Below, in pieces: positions 11,301 through 26,000 of a DNA stretch of 64,000 nt (position 1 is the stretch's first letter; each line of letters begins with the position of its first letter). This DNA is from the human T2T-CHM13v2.0 reference genome, Homo sapiens. The position numbers and the translations under genes were made by a program. The notes below the pieces were generated by a model. The model saw only the letters and a program-made list of their open reading frames with translations, ran no database searches and was not told the origin of the DNA. The stretch lies in NCBI RefSeq assembly GCF_009914755.1, contig NC_060926.1; one strand, 5' to 3'.

Positions 11301-14300
11301 AGAGATCTCAGGAATACGGTGATAAAGGAAATATCTTCCAATAAAAGCTAGATAGAAGCAATGTCAGAAACTTTTTCATGATGTATCTACTCAGCTAACA
11401 GAGTTGAACCTTTCTTTTGAGAGAGCAGTTTTGAAACACTCTTTTTGTGGAATCTGCAAGTGGATATTTGGATAGCTTTGAGGATTTCGTTGGAAACGGG
11501 ATTACATATAAAAAGCAGACAGCAGCATTCCCAGTAACTTCTTTGTGATGTTTGCATTCAAGTCACAGAGTTGAACATTGCCTTTCATAGAGCAGGTTTG
11601 AAACACTCTTTTTGTAGTATCTGGATGTGGACATTTGGAGCGCTTTCTGGCCTATGGTGAAAAAGGAAATATCTTCCCCTGAAAACTAGACAGAAGCATT
11701 CTCAGAATCTTATTTGTGATGTGCGCCCTCAACTAACAGTGTTGAAGCTTTCTTTTGATAGAGCAGTTTTGAAACACTCTTTTTGTAAAATCTGCAAGAG
11801 GATATTTGGATAGCTTTGAGGATTTCGTTGGAAACGGGATTGTCTTCATATAAACTCTAGACAGAAGCATTCTCAGAAGCTTCATTGGGATGTTTCAATT
11901 GAAGTCACAGTGTTGAACAGTCCCTTTCATAGAGCAGGTTTGAAACACTCTTTTTGTATTATCTGGATGTGGACATTTGGAGCGCTTTCAGGCCTATGGT
12001 TTAAAATGAAATATCTTCCCCTGAAAACTAGACAGAAGCATTCTCAGAAACTTATTTGTGATGTGCGCCCTCAACTAACAGTGTTGAAGCATTCTTTGGA
12101 TAGAGCAGTTTTGAAACACTCTTTTTGTGGAATCTGCAAGTGGATATTTGTCTAGCTTTGAGGATTTCGTTGGAAACGGGATTACATATAAAAAGCAGAC
12201 AGCAGCATTCCCAGAAACTTCTTTGTGATGTTTGCATTCACGTCACAGAGTTGAACATTCCTTTTCATAGAGCAGGTTTGAAACACTCTTTTTGTAGTAT
12301 CTGGATGTGGACATTTGGAGCGCTTTCAGGCCTATGGTGAAAAAGGAAATATCTTCCCCTGAAAACTAGACAGAAGCATTCTCAGAAACTTATTTGTGAT
12401 GTGCGCCCTCAACTAACAGTGTGGAAGCTTTCTTTTGATAGAGCAGTTTTGAAACACTCTTTTTGTAATATCTGCAAGAGGATATTTAGATAGCTTTGAG
12501 GATTTCGTTGGAAACGGGATTAATTATAAAAAGCAGATAGCAGCATTCCCAGAATCTTGTTTGTGATGTTTGCATTCAAGTCACAGAGTTGAACATTCCC
12601 TTTCAGAGAGCAGGTTTGAAACACTCTTTTTATAGTATCTGGATGTGGACATTTGGAGCGCTTTCAGGCCTATGGTGAAAAAGGAAATATCTTCTCCTGA
12701 AAACTAGACAGAAGCATTCTCAGAATCTTATTTGTGATGTGCGCCCTCAACTAACAGTGTTGAAGCTTTCTTTTGATAGAGCAGTTTTGAAACACTCTTT
12801 TCGTAAAATCTGCAAGAGGATATTTTGATAGCTTTGAGGATTTCGTTGGAAACGGGATTGTCTTCATATAAATTCTAGACAGAAGCATTCTCAGAAGCTT
12901 CATTGGGATGTTTCAATTGAAGTCACAGTGTTGAACAGTCCCTTTCATAGAGCAGGTTTGAAACACTCTTTTTGTAGTATCTGGAAGTGGACATTTGGAG
13001 AGATCTCAGGAATACGGTGATAAAGGTAATATCTTCCAATAAAAGCTAGATAGAAGCAATGTCAGAAACTTTTTCATGATGTATCTACTCAGCTAACAGA
13101 GTTGAACCTTTCTTTTGAGAGAGCAGTTTTGAAACACTCTTTTTGTGGAATCTGCAAGTGGATATTTGTCTAGCTTTGAGGATTTCGTTGGAAACGGGAT
13201 TACATATAAAAAGCAGACAGCAGCATTCCCAGTAACTTCTTTGTGATGTTTCCATTCAAGTCACAGAGTTGAACATTCCCTTTCATAGAGCAGGTTTCAA
13301 ACACTTTTTTTGTAGTATCTGGATGTGGACATTTGGAGCGCTTTCAGGCCTATGGTGAAAAAGGAAATATATTCCAATAAAAGCTAGATAGAAGCAATGT
13401 CAGAAACTTTTTCATGATGTATCTACTCAGCTAACAGAGTTGAACCTTTCTTTTGAGAGAGCAGTTTTGAAACACTCTTTTTGTAAAATCTGCAAGAGGA
13501 TATTTGGATAGCTTTGAGGATTTCGTTGGAAACGGGATTGTCTTCATATAAACTCTAGACAGAAGCATTCTCAGAAGCGTCATTGGGATGTTTCAATTGA
13601 AGTCACAGTGTTGAACAGTCCCTTTCATAGAGCAGGTTTGAAACACTCTTTTTGTAGTATCTGGATGTGGACATTTGGAGCGCTTTCAGGCCTATGGTTT
13701 AAAAGGAAATATCTTCCCCTGAAAACTAGACAGAAGCATTCTCAGAAACTTATTTGTGATGTGCGCTTTCAACTAACAGTGTTGAAGCATTCTTTTGATA
13801 GAGCAGTTTTGAAACACTCTTTTTGTGGAATCTGCAAGTGGATATTTGTCTAGCTTTGAGGATTTCGTTGGAAACGGGATTACATATAAAAAGCAGACAG
13901 CAGCATTCCCAGAAACTTCTTTGTGATGTTTGCATTCAAGTCACAGAGTTGAACATTCCCTTTCATAGAGCAGGTTTGAAACACTCTTTTTGTAGTATCT
14001 GGATGTGGACATTTGCAGCGCTTTCAGGCCTAAGGTGAAAAAGGAAATATCTTCCCCTGAAAACTAGACAGAAGCATTCTCAGAAACTTATTTGTGATGT
14101 GCGCCCTCAACTAACAGTGTTGAAGCTTTCTTTTGATAGAGCAGTTTTGAAACACTCTTTTTGTAATATCTGCAAGAGGATATTTGGATAGCTTTGAGGA
14201 TTTCGTTGGAAACGGGATTGTCTTCATATAAACTCTAGACAGAAGCATTCTCAGAAGCTTCGTTGGGATGTTTCAATTGAAGTCACAGTGTTGAACAGTT

Positions 14301-15251
14301 CCTTTCATAGAACAGGTTTGAAACACTCTTTTTGTAGTATCTGGAAGTGTACATTTGGAGCGCTCTCAGGACTGCGGTGAAAAAGGATATATCTTCCAAT
14401 AAAAGATAGATAGAAGCAATGTCAGAAACTTTTTCATGATGTATCTACTCAGCTAACAGAGTTGAACCTTTCCTTTCAGAGAGCAGTTTTGAAACACTCT
14501 TTTTGTGGAATCTGCAAGTGGATATTTGTCTAGCTTTGAGGATTTCGTTGGAAACGGGATTACATATAAAAAGCAGACAGCAGCATTCCCAGAAACTTCT
14601 TTGTGATGTTTGCATTCACGTCACAGAGTTGAACATTCCCTTTCATAGAGCAGGTTTGAAACACTCTTTTTGTAGTATCTGGATGTGGACATTTGGAGCG
14701 CTTTCAGGCCTATGGTGAAAAAGGAAATATCTTCCCCTGAAAACTAGACAGAAGCATTCTCAGAAACTTATTTGTGATGTGCGCCCTCAACTAACAGTGT
14801 TGAACCTTTCTTTTGATAGAGCAGTTTTGAAACACTCTTTTTGTAATATCTGCAAGAGGATATTTGGATAGCTTTGAGGATTTCGTTGGAAACGGGATTA
14901 ATTATAAAAAGCAGACAGCAGCATTCCCAGAATCTTGTTTGTGATGTTTGCATTCAAGTCACAGAGTTGAACATTCCCTTTCAGAGAGCAGGTTTGAAAC
15001 ACTCTTTTTATAGTATCTGGATGTGGACATTTGGAGCGCTTTCAGGCCTATGGTGAAAAAGGAAATATCTTCTCCTGAAAACTAGACAGAAGCTTTCTCA
15101 GAATCTTATTTGTGATGTGCGCCCTCAACTAACAGTGTTGAAGCTTTCTTTTGATAGAGCAGTTTTGAAACACTCTTTTCGTAAAATCTGCAAGAGGATA
15201 TTTTGATAGCTTTGAGGATTTCGTTGGAAACGGGATTGTCTTCATATAAAC

Positions 15252-16607
15252 TCTAGACAGAAGCATTCTCAGAAGCTTCATTGGGATGTTTCAATTGAAG
15301 TCACAGTGTTGAACAGTCCCTTTCATAGAGCAGGTTTGAAACACTCTTTTTGTAGTATCTGGAAGTGGACATTTGGAGAGATCTCAGGAATACGGTGATA
15401 AAGGAAATATCTTCCAATAAAAGCTAGATAGAAGCAATGTCAGAAACTTTTTCATGATGTATCTACTCAGCTAACAGAGTTGAACCTTTCTTTTGAGAGA
15501 GCAGTTTTGAAACACTCTTTTTGTGGAATCTGCAAGTGGATATTTGTCTAGCTTTGAGGATTTCGTTGGAAACGGGATTACATATAAAAAGCAGACAGCA
15601 GCATTCCCAGTAACTTCTTTGTGATGTTTGCATTCAAGTCACAGAGTTGAACATTCCCTTTCATAGAGCAGGTTTGAAACACTTTTTTTGTAGTATCTGG
15701 ATGTGGACATTTGGAGCGCTTTCAGGCCTATGGTGAAAAAGGAAATATCTTCCAATAAAAGCTACATAGAAGCAATGTCAGAAACTTTTTCATGATGTAT
15801 CAACTCAGCTAACAGAGTTGAACCTTTCTTTTGAGAGAGCAGTTTTGAAACACTCTTTTTGTGGAATCTGGAAGTGGATATTTGTCTAGCTTTGAGGATT
15901 TCGTTGGAAACGGGATTACATATAAAAAGCAGACAGCAGCATTCCCAGTAACTTCTTTGTGATGTTTGCATTCAAGTCACAGAGTTGAACATTCCCTTTC
16001 ATAGAGCAGGTTTGAAACACTCTTTTTGTAGTATCTGGATGTGGACATTTGGAGCGCTTTCAGGCCTATGGTGAAAAAGGAAATATCTTCCCCTGAAAAC
16101 TAGTCAGAAGCATTCTCAGAATCTTATTTGTGATGTGCGCCCTCAACTAACAGTGTTGAAGCTTTCTTTTGATAGAGCAGTTTTGAAACACTCTTTTTGT
16201 AATATCTGCAAGAGGATATTTGGATAGCTTTGAGGATTTCGTTGGAAACGGGATTAATTATAAAAAGCAGACAGCAGCATTCCCAGAATCTTGTTTGTGA
16301 TGTTTGCATTCAAGTCACAGAGTTGAACATTCCCTTTCAGAGAGCAGGTTTGAAACACTCTTTTTATAGTATCTGGATGTGGACATTTGGAGCGCTTTCA
16401 GGCCTATGGTGAAAAAGGAAATATCTTCTCCTGAAAACTAGACAGAAGCATTCTCAGAATCTTATTGGTGATGTGCGCCCTCAACTAACAGTGTTGAAGC
16501 TTTCTTTTGATAGAGCAGTTTTGAAACACTCTTTTCGTAAAATCTGCAAGAGGATATTTGGATAGCTTTGAGGATTTCGTTGGAAACGGGATTGTCTTCA
16601 TATAAAC
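15252..16607 (+). repeat. 8-mer HOR variant (C-D-A/C-D-A-B/D-A-B, 1356 bp)
   Basis: No TCTAGA between 15252 and 16608. Contains both an A/C hybrid (~15750) and a B/D hybrid (~16255). Confidence 0.88.
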
Positions 16608-17070
16608 TCTAGACAGAAGCATTCTCAGAAGCTTCATTGGGATGTTTCAATTGAAGTCACAGTGTTGAACAGTCCCTTTCATAGAGCAGGTTTGAAACAC
16701 TCTTTTTGTAGTATCTGGAAGTGGACATTTGGAGCGCTCTCAGGACTGCGGTGAAAAAGGAAATATCTTCCAATAAAAGCTAGATAGAAGCAATGTCAGA
16801 ACCTTTTTCATGATGTATCTACTCAGCTAACAGAGTTGAACCTTCATTTGAGAGAGCAGTTTTGAAACACTCGTTTTGTGGAATCTGCAAGTGGATATTT
16901 GTCTAGCTTTGAGGATTTCGTTGGAAACGGGATTACATATAAAAAGCAGACAGCAGCATTCCCAGAAACTTCTTTGTGATGTTTGCATTCAAGTCACAGA
17001 GTTGAACATTCCCTTTCATAGAGCAGGTTTGAAACACTCTTTTTGTAGTATCTGGATGTGGACATTTGCA

Positions 17071-20000
17071 GCGCTTTCAGGCCTATTGTGAAAAAGGAAA
17101 TATCTTCCCCTGAAAACTAGACAGAAGCATTCTCAGAAACTTATTTGTGATGTGCGCCCTCAACTAACAGTGTTGAAGCTTTCTTTTGATAGAGCAGTTT
17201 TGAAACACTCTTTTTGTAATATCTGCAAGAGGATATTTGGATAGCTTTGAGGATTTCGTTGGAAACGGGATTGTCTTCATATAAACTCTAGACAGAAGCA
17301 TTCCCAGAAGCTTCATTGGGATGTTTCAATTGAAGTCACAGTGTTGAACAGTTCCTTTCATAGAACAGGTTTGAAACACTCTTTTTGTAGTATCTGGAAG
17401 TGGACATTTGGAGCGCTCTCAGGACTATGGTGAAAAAGGAAATATCTTCCAATAAAAGCTACATAGAAGCAATGTCAGAAACTTTTTCATGATGTATCTA
17501 CTCAGCTAACAGAGTTGAACCTTTCCTTTGAGAGAGCAGTTTTGAAACACTCTTTTTGTGGAATCTGCAAGTGGATATTTGTCTAGCTTTGAGGATTTCT
17601 TTGGAAACGGGATTGCATATAAAAAGCAGTCAGCAGCATTCCCAGTAACTTCTTTGTGATGTTTGCATTCAAGTCACAGAGTTGAACATTCCCTTTCATA
17701 GAGCAGGTTTGAAACACTCTTTTTGTAGTATCTGGATGTGGACATTTGGAGCGCTTTCAGGCCTAGGGTGAAAAAGGAAATATCTTCCCCTGTAAACTAG
17801 ACAGAAGCATTCTCAGAAACTTATTTGTGATGTGCGCCCTCAACTAACAGTGTTGAACCTTTCTTTTGATAGAGCAGTTTTGAAACACTCTTTTTGTAAT
17901 ATCTGCAAGAGGATATTTGGATAGCTTTGAGGATTTCGTTGGAAACGGGATTACATATAAAAAGCAGACAGCAGCATTCCCAGAATCTTGTTTGTGATGT
18001 TTGCATTCAAGTCACAGAGTTGAACATTCCCTTTCAGAGAGCAGGTTTGAAACACTCTTTTTATAGTATCTGGATGTGGACATTTGGAGCGCTTTCAGGC
18101 CTATGGTGAAAAAGGAAATATCTTCCCCTGAAAACTAGACAGAAGCATTCTAAGAAACTTATTTGTGATGTGCGCCCTCAACTAACAGTGTTGAAGCTTT
18201 CTTTTGATAGAGCAGTTTTGAAACACTCTTTTCGTAAAATCTGCAGGAGGATATTTTGATAGCTTTGAGGATTTCGTTGGAAACGGGATTGTCTTCATAT
18301 AAACTCTAGACAGAAGCATTCTCAGAAGCTTCGTTGGGATGTTTCAATTGAAGTCACAGTGTTGAACAGTTCCTTTCATAGAACAGGTTTGAAACACTCT
18401 TTTTGTAGTATCTGGAAGTGGACATTTGGAGCGCTCTCAGGACTGCGGTGAAAAAGGATATATCTTCCAATAAAAGCTAGATAGAAGCAATGTCAGAAAC
18501 TTTTTCATGATGTATCTACTCAGCTAACAGAGTTGAACCTTTCCTTTCAGAGAGCAGTTTTGAAACACTCTTTTTGTGGAATCTGCAAGTGGATATTTGT
18601 CTAGCTTTGAGGATTTCGTTGGAAACGGGATTACATATAAAAAGCAGACAGCAGCATTCCCAGAAACTTCATTGTGATGTTTGCATTCACGTCACAGAGT
18701 TGAACATTCCCTTTCATAGAGCAGGTTTGAAACACTCTTTTTGTAGTATCTGGATGTGGACATTTGGAGCGCTTTCAGGCCTATGGTGAAAAAGGAAATA
18801 TCTTCCCCTGAAAACTAGACAGAAGCATTCTCAGAAACTTATTTGTGATGTGCGCCCTCAACTAACAGTGTTGAACCTTTCTTTTGATAGAGCAGTTTTG
18901 AAACACTCTTTTTGTAATATCTGCAAGAGGATATTTGGATAGCTTTGAGGATTTCGTTGGAAACGGGATTAATTATAAAAAGCAGACAGCAGCATTCCCA
19001 GAATCTTGTTTGTGATGTTTGCATTCAAGTCACAGAGTTGAACATTCCCTTTCAGGGAGCAGGTTTGAAACACTCTTTTTATAGTATCTGGATGTGGACA
19101 TTTGGAGCGCTTTCAGGCCTATGGTGAGAAAGGAAATATCTTCTCCTGAAAACTAGACAGAAGCTTTCTCAGAATCTTATTTGTGATGTGCGCCCTCAAC
19201 TAACAGTGTTGAAGCTTTCTTTTGATAGAGCAGTTTTGAAACACTCTTTTCGTAAAATCTGCAAGAGGATATTTTGATAGCTTTGAGGATTTCGTTGGAA
19301 ACGGGATTGTCTTCATATAAACTCTAGACAGAAGCATTCTCAGAAGCTTCATTGGGATGTTTCAATTGAAGTCACAGTGTTGAACAGTCCCTTTCATAGA
19401 GCAGGTTTGAAACACTCTTTTTGTAGTATCTGGAAGTGGACATTTGGAGAGATCTCAGGAATACGGTGATAAAGGAAATATCTTCCAATAAAAGCTAGAT
19501 AGAAGCAATGTCAGAAACTTTTTCATGATGTATCTACTCAGCTAACAGAGTTGAACCTTTCTTTTGAGAGAGCAGTTTTGAAACACTCTTTTTGTGGAAT
19601 CTGCAAGTGGATATTTGTCTAGCTTTGAGGATTTCGTTGGAAACGGGATTACATATAAAAAGCAGACAGCAGCATTCCCAGTAACTTCTTTGTGATGTTT
19701 GCATTCAAGTCACAGAGTTGAACATTCCCTTTCATAGAGCAGGTTTGAAACATTTTTTTTGTAGTATCTGGATGTGGACATTTGGAGCGCTTTCAGGCCT
19801 ATGGTGAAAAAGGAAATATCTTCCAATAAAAGCTACATAGAAGCAATGTCAGAAACTTTTTCATGATGTATCTACCCAGCGAACAGAGTTGAACCTTTCT
19901 TTTGAGAGAGCAGTTTTGAAACACTCTTTTTGTGGAATCTGGAAGTGGATATTTGTCTAGCTTTGAGGATTTCGTTGGAAACGGGATTACATATAAAAAG

Positions 20001-23000
20001 CAGACAGCAGCATTCCCAGTAACTTCTTTGTGATGTTTGCATTCAAGTCACAGAGTTGAACATTCCCTTTCATAGAGCAGGTTTGAAACACTCTTTTTGT
20101 AGTATCTGGATGTGGACATTTGGAGCGCTTTCAGGCCTATGGTGAAAAAGGAAATATCTTCCCCAGAAAACTAGACAGAAGCATTCTCAGAATCTTATTT
20201 GTGATGTGCGCCCTCAACTAACAGTGTTGAAGCTTTCTTTTGATAGAGCAGTTTTGAAACCCTCTTTTTGTAATATCTGCAAGAGGATATTTGGATAGCT
20301 TTGAGGATTTCGTTGGAAACGAGATTGTCTTCATATAAACTCTAGACAGAAGCATTCCCAGAAGCTTCATTGGGATGTTTCAATTGAAGTCACAGTGTTG
20401 AACAGTTCCTTTCATAGAACAGGTTTGAAACACTCTTTTTGTAGTATCTGGAAGTGGAGATTTGGAGCGCTCTCAGGACTATGGTGAAAAAGGAAGTATC
20501 TTCCAATAAAAGCTACATAGAAGCAATGTCAGAAACTTTTTCATGATGTATCTACTCAGCTAACAGAGTTGAACCTTTCCTTTGAGAGAGCAGTTTTGAA
20601 ACACTCTTTTTGTGGAATCTGCAAGTGGATATTTGTCTAGCTTTGAGGATTTCTTTGGAAACGGGATTACATATAAAAAGCAGACAGCAGCATTCCCAGT
20701 AACTTCTTTGTGATGTTTGCATTCAAGTCACAGAGTTGAACATTCCCTTTCATAGAGCAGGTTTGAAACACTCTTTTTGTAGTATCTGGATGTGGACATT
20801 TGGAGCGCTTTCAGGCCTAGGGTGAAAAAGGAAATATCTTCCCCTGAAAACTAGACAGAAGCATTCTCAGAAACTTATTTGTGATGTGCGCCCTCAACTA
20901 ACAGTGTTGAACCTTTCTTTTGATAGAGCAGTTTTGAAACACTCTTTTTGTAATATCTGCAAGAGGATATTTGGATAGCTTTGAGGATTTCGTTGGAAAC
21001 GGGATTACATATAAAAAGCAGACAGCAGCATTCCCAGAATCTTGTTTGTGATGTTTGCATTCAAGTCACAGAGTTGAACATTCCCTTTCAGAGAGCAGGT
21101 TTGAAACACTCTTTTTATAGTATCTGGATGTGGACATTTGGAGCGCTTTCAGGCCTATGGTGAAAAAGGAAATATCTTCTCCTGTAAACTAGACAGAAGC
21201 ATTCTCAGAATCTTATTTGTGATGTGCGCCCTCAACTAACAGTGTTGAAGCTTTCTTTTGATAGAGCAGTTTTGAAACACTCTTTTCGTAAAATCTGCAG
21301 GAGGATATTTTGATAGCTTTGAGGATTTCGTTGGAAACGGGATTGTCTTCATATAAACTCTAGACAGAAGCATTCTCAGAAGCTTCGTTGGGATGTTTCA
21401 ATTGAAGTCACAGTGTTGAACAGTTCCTTTCATAGAACAGGTTTGAAACACTCTTTTTGTAGTATCTGGAAGTGGACATTTGGAGCGCTCTCAGGACTGC
21501 GGTGAAAAAGGATATATCTTCCAATAAAAGCTAGATAGAAGCAATGTCAGAAACTTTTTCATGATGTATCTACTCAGCTAACAGAGTTGAACCTTTCCTT
21601 TCAGAGAGCAGTTTTGAAACACTCTTTTTGTGGAATCTGCAAGTGGATATTTGTCTAGCTTTGAGGATTTCGTTGGAAACGGGATTACATATAAAAAGCA
21701 GACAGCAGCATTCCCAGAAACTTCTTTGTGATGTTTGCATTCACGTCACAGAGTTGAACATTCCCTTTCATAGAGCAGGTTTGAAACACTCTTTTTGTAG
21801 TATCTGGATGTGGACATTTGGAGCGCTTTCAGGCCTATGGTGAAAAAGGAAATATCTTCCCCTGAAAACTAGACAGAAGCATTCTCAGAAACTTATTTGT
21901 GATGTGCGCCCTCAACTAACAGTGTTGAACCTTTCTTTTGATAGAGTAGTTTTGAAACACTCTTTTTGTAATATCTGCAAGAGGATATTTGGATAGCTTT
22001 GAGGATTTCGTTGGAAACGGGATTAATTATAAAAACCAGACAGCAGCATTCCCAGAATCTTGTTTGTGATGTTTGCATTCAAGTCACAGAGTTGAACATT
22101 CCCTTTCAGAGAGCAGGTTTGAAACACTCTTTTTATAGTATCTGGATGTGGACATTTGGAGCGCTTTCAGGCCTATGGTGAAAAAGGAAATATCTTCTCC
22201 TGAAAACTAGACAGAAGCTTTCTCAGAATCTTATTTGTGATGTGCGCCCTCAACTAACAGTGTTGAAGCTTTCTTTTGATAGAGCAGTTTTGAAACACTC
22301 TTTTCGTAAAATCTGCAAGAGGATATTTTGATAGCTTTGAGGATTTCGATGGAAACGGGATTGTCTTCATATAAACTCTAGACAGAAGCATTCTCAGAAG
22401 CTTCATTGGGATGTTTCAATTGAAGTCACAGTGTTGAACAGTCCCTTTCATAGAGCAGGTTTGAAACACTCTTTTTGTAGTATCTGGAAGTGGACATTTG
22501 GAGCGCTCTCAGGACTAGGGTGAAAAAGGAAATATCTTCCAATAAAAGCTAGATAGAAGCAATGTCAGAAACTTTTTCATGATGTATCTACTCAGCTAAC
22601 AGAGTTGAACCTTTCCTTTGAGAGAGCAGTTTTGAAACACTCTTTTTGTGGAATCTGCAAGTGGATATTTGTCTAGCTTTGAGGATTTCGTTGGAAACGG
22701 GATTACATATAAAAAGCAGACAGCAGCATTCCCAGTAACTTCTTTGTGATGTTTGCATTCAAGTCACAGAGTTGAACATTCCCTTTCATAGAGCAGGTTT
22801 GAAACACTCTTTTTGTAGTATCTGGATGTGGACATTTGGAGCGCTTTCAGGCCTATGGTGAAAAAGGAAATATCTTCCCCTGAAAACTAGACAGAAGCAT
22901 TCTCAGAAACTTATTTGTGATGTGCGCCCTCAACTAACAGTGTTGAACCTTTCTTTTGATAGAGCAGTTTTGAAACACTCTTTTTGTAATATCTGCAAGA

Positions 23001-26000
23001 GGATATTTGGATAGCTTTGAGGATTTCGTTGGAAACGGGATTACTTATAAAAAGCAGACAGCAGCATTCCCAGAATCTTGTTTGTGATGTTTGCATTCAA
23101 GTCACAGAGTTGAACATTCCCTTTCAGAGAGCAGGTTTGAAACACTCTTTTTATAGTGTCTGGATGTGGACATTTGGAGCGCTTTCAGGCCTATGGTGAA
23201 AAAGGAAATATCTTCTCCTGTAAACTAGACAGAAGCATTCTCAGAAACTTATTTGTGATGTGCGCCCTCAACTAACAGTGTTGAAGCTTTCTTTTGATAG
23301 AGCAGTTTTGAAACACTCTTTTTGTAAAATCTGCAAGAGGATATTTGGATAGCTTTGAGGATTTCGTTGGAAACGGGATTGTCTTCATATAAACTCTAGA
23401 CAGAAGCATTCTCAGAAGCTTCATTGGGATGTTTCAATTGAAGTCACAGTGTTGAACAGTCCCTTTCATAGAGCAGGTTTGAAACACTCTTTTTGTAGTA
23501 TCTGGAAGTGGACATTTGGAACGCTCTCAGGACTGCGGTGAAAAAGGAAATATCTTCCAATAAAAGCTAGATAGAAGCAATGTCAGAAACTTTTTCATGA
23601 TGTATCTACTCAGCTAACAGAGTTGAACCTTTCTTTTGAGAGAGCAGTTTTGAAACACTCTTTTTGTGGAATCTGCAAGTGGATATTAGTCTAGCTTTGA
23701 GGATTTCGTTGGAAACGGGATTACATATAAAAAGCAGACAGCAGCATTCCCAGTAACTTCTTTGTGATGTTTGCATTCAAGTCACAGAGTTGAACATTCC
23801 CTTTCATAGAGCAGGTTTGAAACACTTTTTTTGTAGTATCTGGATGTGGATATTTGGAGCGCTTTCAGGCCTATGGTGAAAAAGGAAATATCTTCCAATA
23901 AAAGCTACATAGAAGCAATGTCAGAAACTTTTTCATGATGTATCTACTCAGCTAACAGAGTTGAACCTTTCTTTTGAGAGAGCAGTTTTGAAACACTCTT
24001 TTTGTGTAATCTGAAAGTGGATATTTGTCTAGCTTTGAGGATTTCGTTGGAAACGGGATTACATATAAAAAGCAGACAGCAGCATTCCCAGTAACTTCTT
24101 TGTGATGTTTGCATTCAAGTCACAGAGTTGAACATTCCCTTTCATAGAGCAGGTTTGAAACACTCTTTTTGTAGTATCTGGATGTGGACATTTGGAGCGC
24201 TTTCAGGCCTATTGTGAAAAAGGAAATATCTTCCCCTGAAAACTAGACAGAAGCATTCTCAGAAACTTATTTGTGATGTGCGCCCTCAACTAACAGTGTT
24301 GAAGCTTTCTTTTGATAGAGCAGTTTTGAAACACTCTTTTTGTAATATCTGCAAGAGGATATTTGGATAGCTTTGAGGATTTCGTTGGAAACGGGATTGT
24401 CTTCATATAAACTCTAGACAGAAGCATTCCCAGAAGCTTCATTGGGATGTTTCAATTGAAGTCACAGTGTTGAACAGTTCCTTTCATAGAACAGGTTTGA
24501 AACACTCTTTTTGTAGTATCTGGAAGTGGACATTTGGAGCGCTCTCAGGACTGTGGTGAAAAAGGAAATATCTTCCAATAAAAGCTACATAGAAGCAATG
24601 TCAGAAACTTTTTCATGATGTATCTACTCAGCTAACAGAGTTGAACCTTTCCTTTAAGAGAGCAGTTTTGAAACACTCTTTTTGTGGAATCTGCAAGTGG
24701 ATATTTGTCTAGCTTTGAGGATTTCTTTGGAAACGGGATTACATATAAAAAGCAGACAGCAGCATTCCCAGAAACTTCTTTGTGATGTTTGCATTCAAGT
24801 CACAGAGTTGAACATTCCCTTTCATAGAGCAGGTTTGAAACACTCTTTTTGTAGTATCTGGATGTGGACATTTGGAGCGCTTTCAGGCCTAGGGTGAAAA
24901 AGGAAATATCTTCCCCTGTAAACTAGACAGAAGCATTCTCAGAAACTTATTTGTGATGTGCGCCCTCAACTAACAGTGTTGAACCTTTCTTTTGATAGAG
25001 CAGTTTTGAAACACTCTTTTTGTAATATCTGCAAGAGGATATTTGGATAGCTTTGAGGATTTCGTTGGAAACGGGATTACATATAAAAAGCAGACAGCAG
25101 CATTCCCAGAATCTTGTTTGTGATGTTTGCATTCAAGTCACAGAGTTGAACATTCCCTTTCAGAGAGCAGGTTTGAAACACTCTTTTTATAGTATCTGGA
25201 TGTGGACATTTGGAGCGCTTTCAGGCCTATGGTGAAAAAGGAAATATCTTCTCCTGTAAACTAGACAGAAGCATTCTCAGAATCTTATTTGTGATGTGCG
25301 CCCTCAACTAACAGTGTTGAAGCTTTCTTTTGATAGAGCAGTTTTGAAACACTCTTTTCGTAAAATCTGCAGGAGGATATTTTGATAGCTTTGAGGATTT
25401 CGTTGGAAACGGGATTGTCTTCATATAAACTCTAGACAGAAGCATTCTCAGAAGCTTCGTTGGGATGTTTCAATTGAAGTCACAGTGTTGAACAGTTCCT
25501 TTCATAGAACAGGTTTGAAACACTCTTTTTGTAGTATCTGGAAGTGGACATTTGGAGCGCTCTCAGGACTGCGGTGAAAAAGGATATATCTTCCAATAAA
25601 AGCTAGATAGAAGCAATGTCAGAAACTTTTTCATGATGTATCTACTCAGCTAACAGAGTTGAACCTTTCCTTTCAGAGAGCAGTTTTGAAACACTCTTTT
25701 TGTGGAATCTGCAAGTGGATATTTGTCTAGCTTTGAGGATTTCGTTGGAAACGGGATTACATATAAAAAGCAGACAGCAGCATTCCCAGAAACTTCATTG
25801 TGATGTTTGCATTCACGTCACAGAGTTGAACATTCCCTTTCATAGAGCAGGTTTGAAACACTCTTTTTGTAGTATCTGGATGTGGACATTTGGAGCGCTT
25901 TCAGGCCTATGGTGAAAAAGGAAATATCTTCCCCTGAAAACTAGACAGAAGCATTCTCAGAAACTTATTTGTGATGTGCGCCCTCAACTAACAGTGTTGA

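Noticed and set aside
22344-22360. CENP-B box variants TTCGAT (22349, 29475, 36601), CGGGT (4365, 50868) and ATTCG (63065)
   Set aside because: The changes fall on non-essential positions, so I did not count them as box loss. They are useful only as markers.
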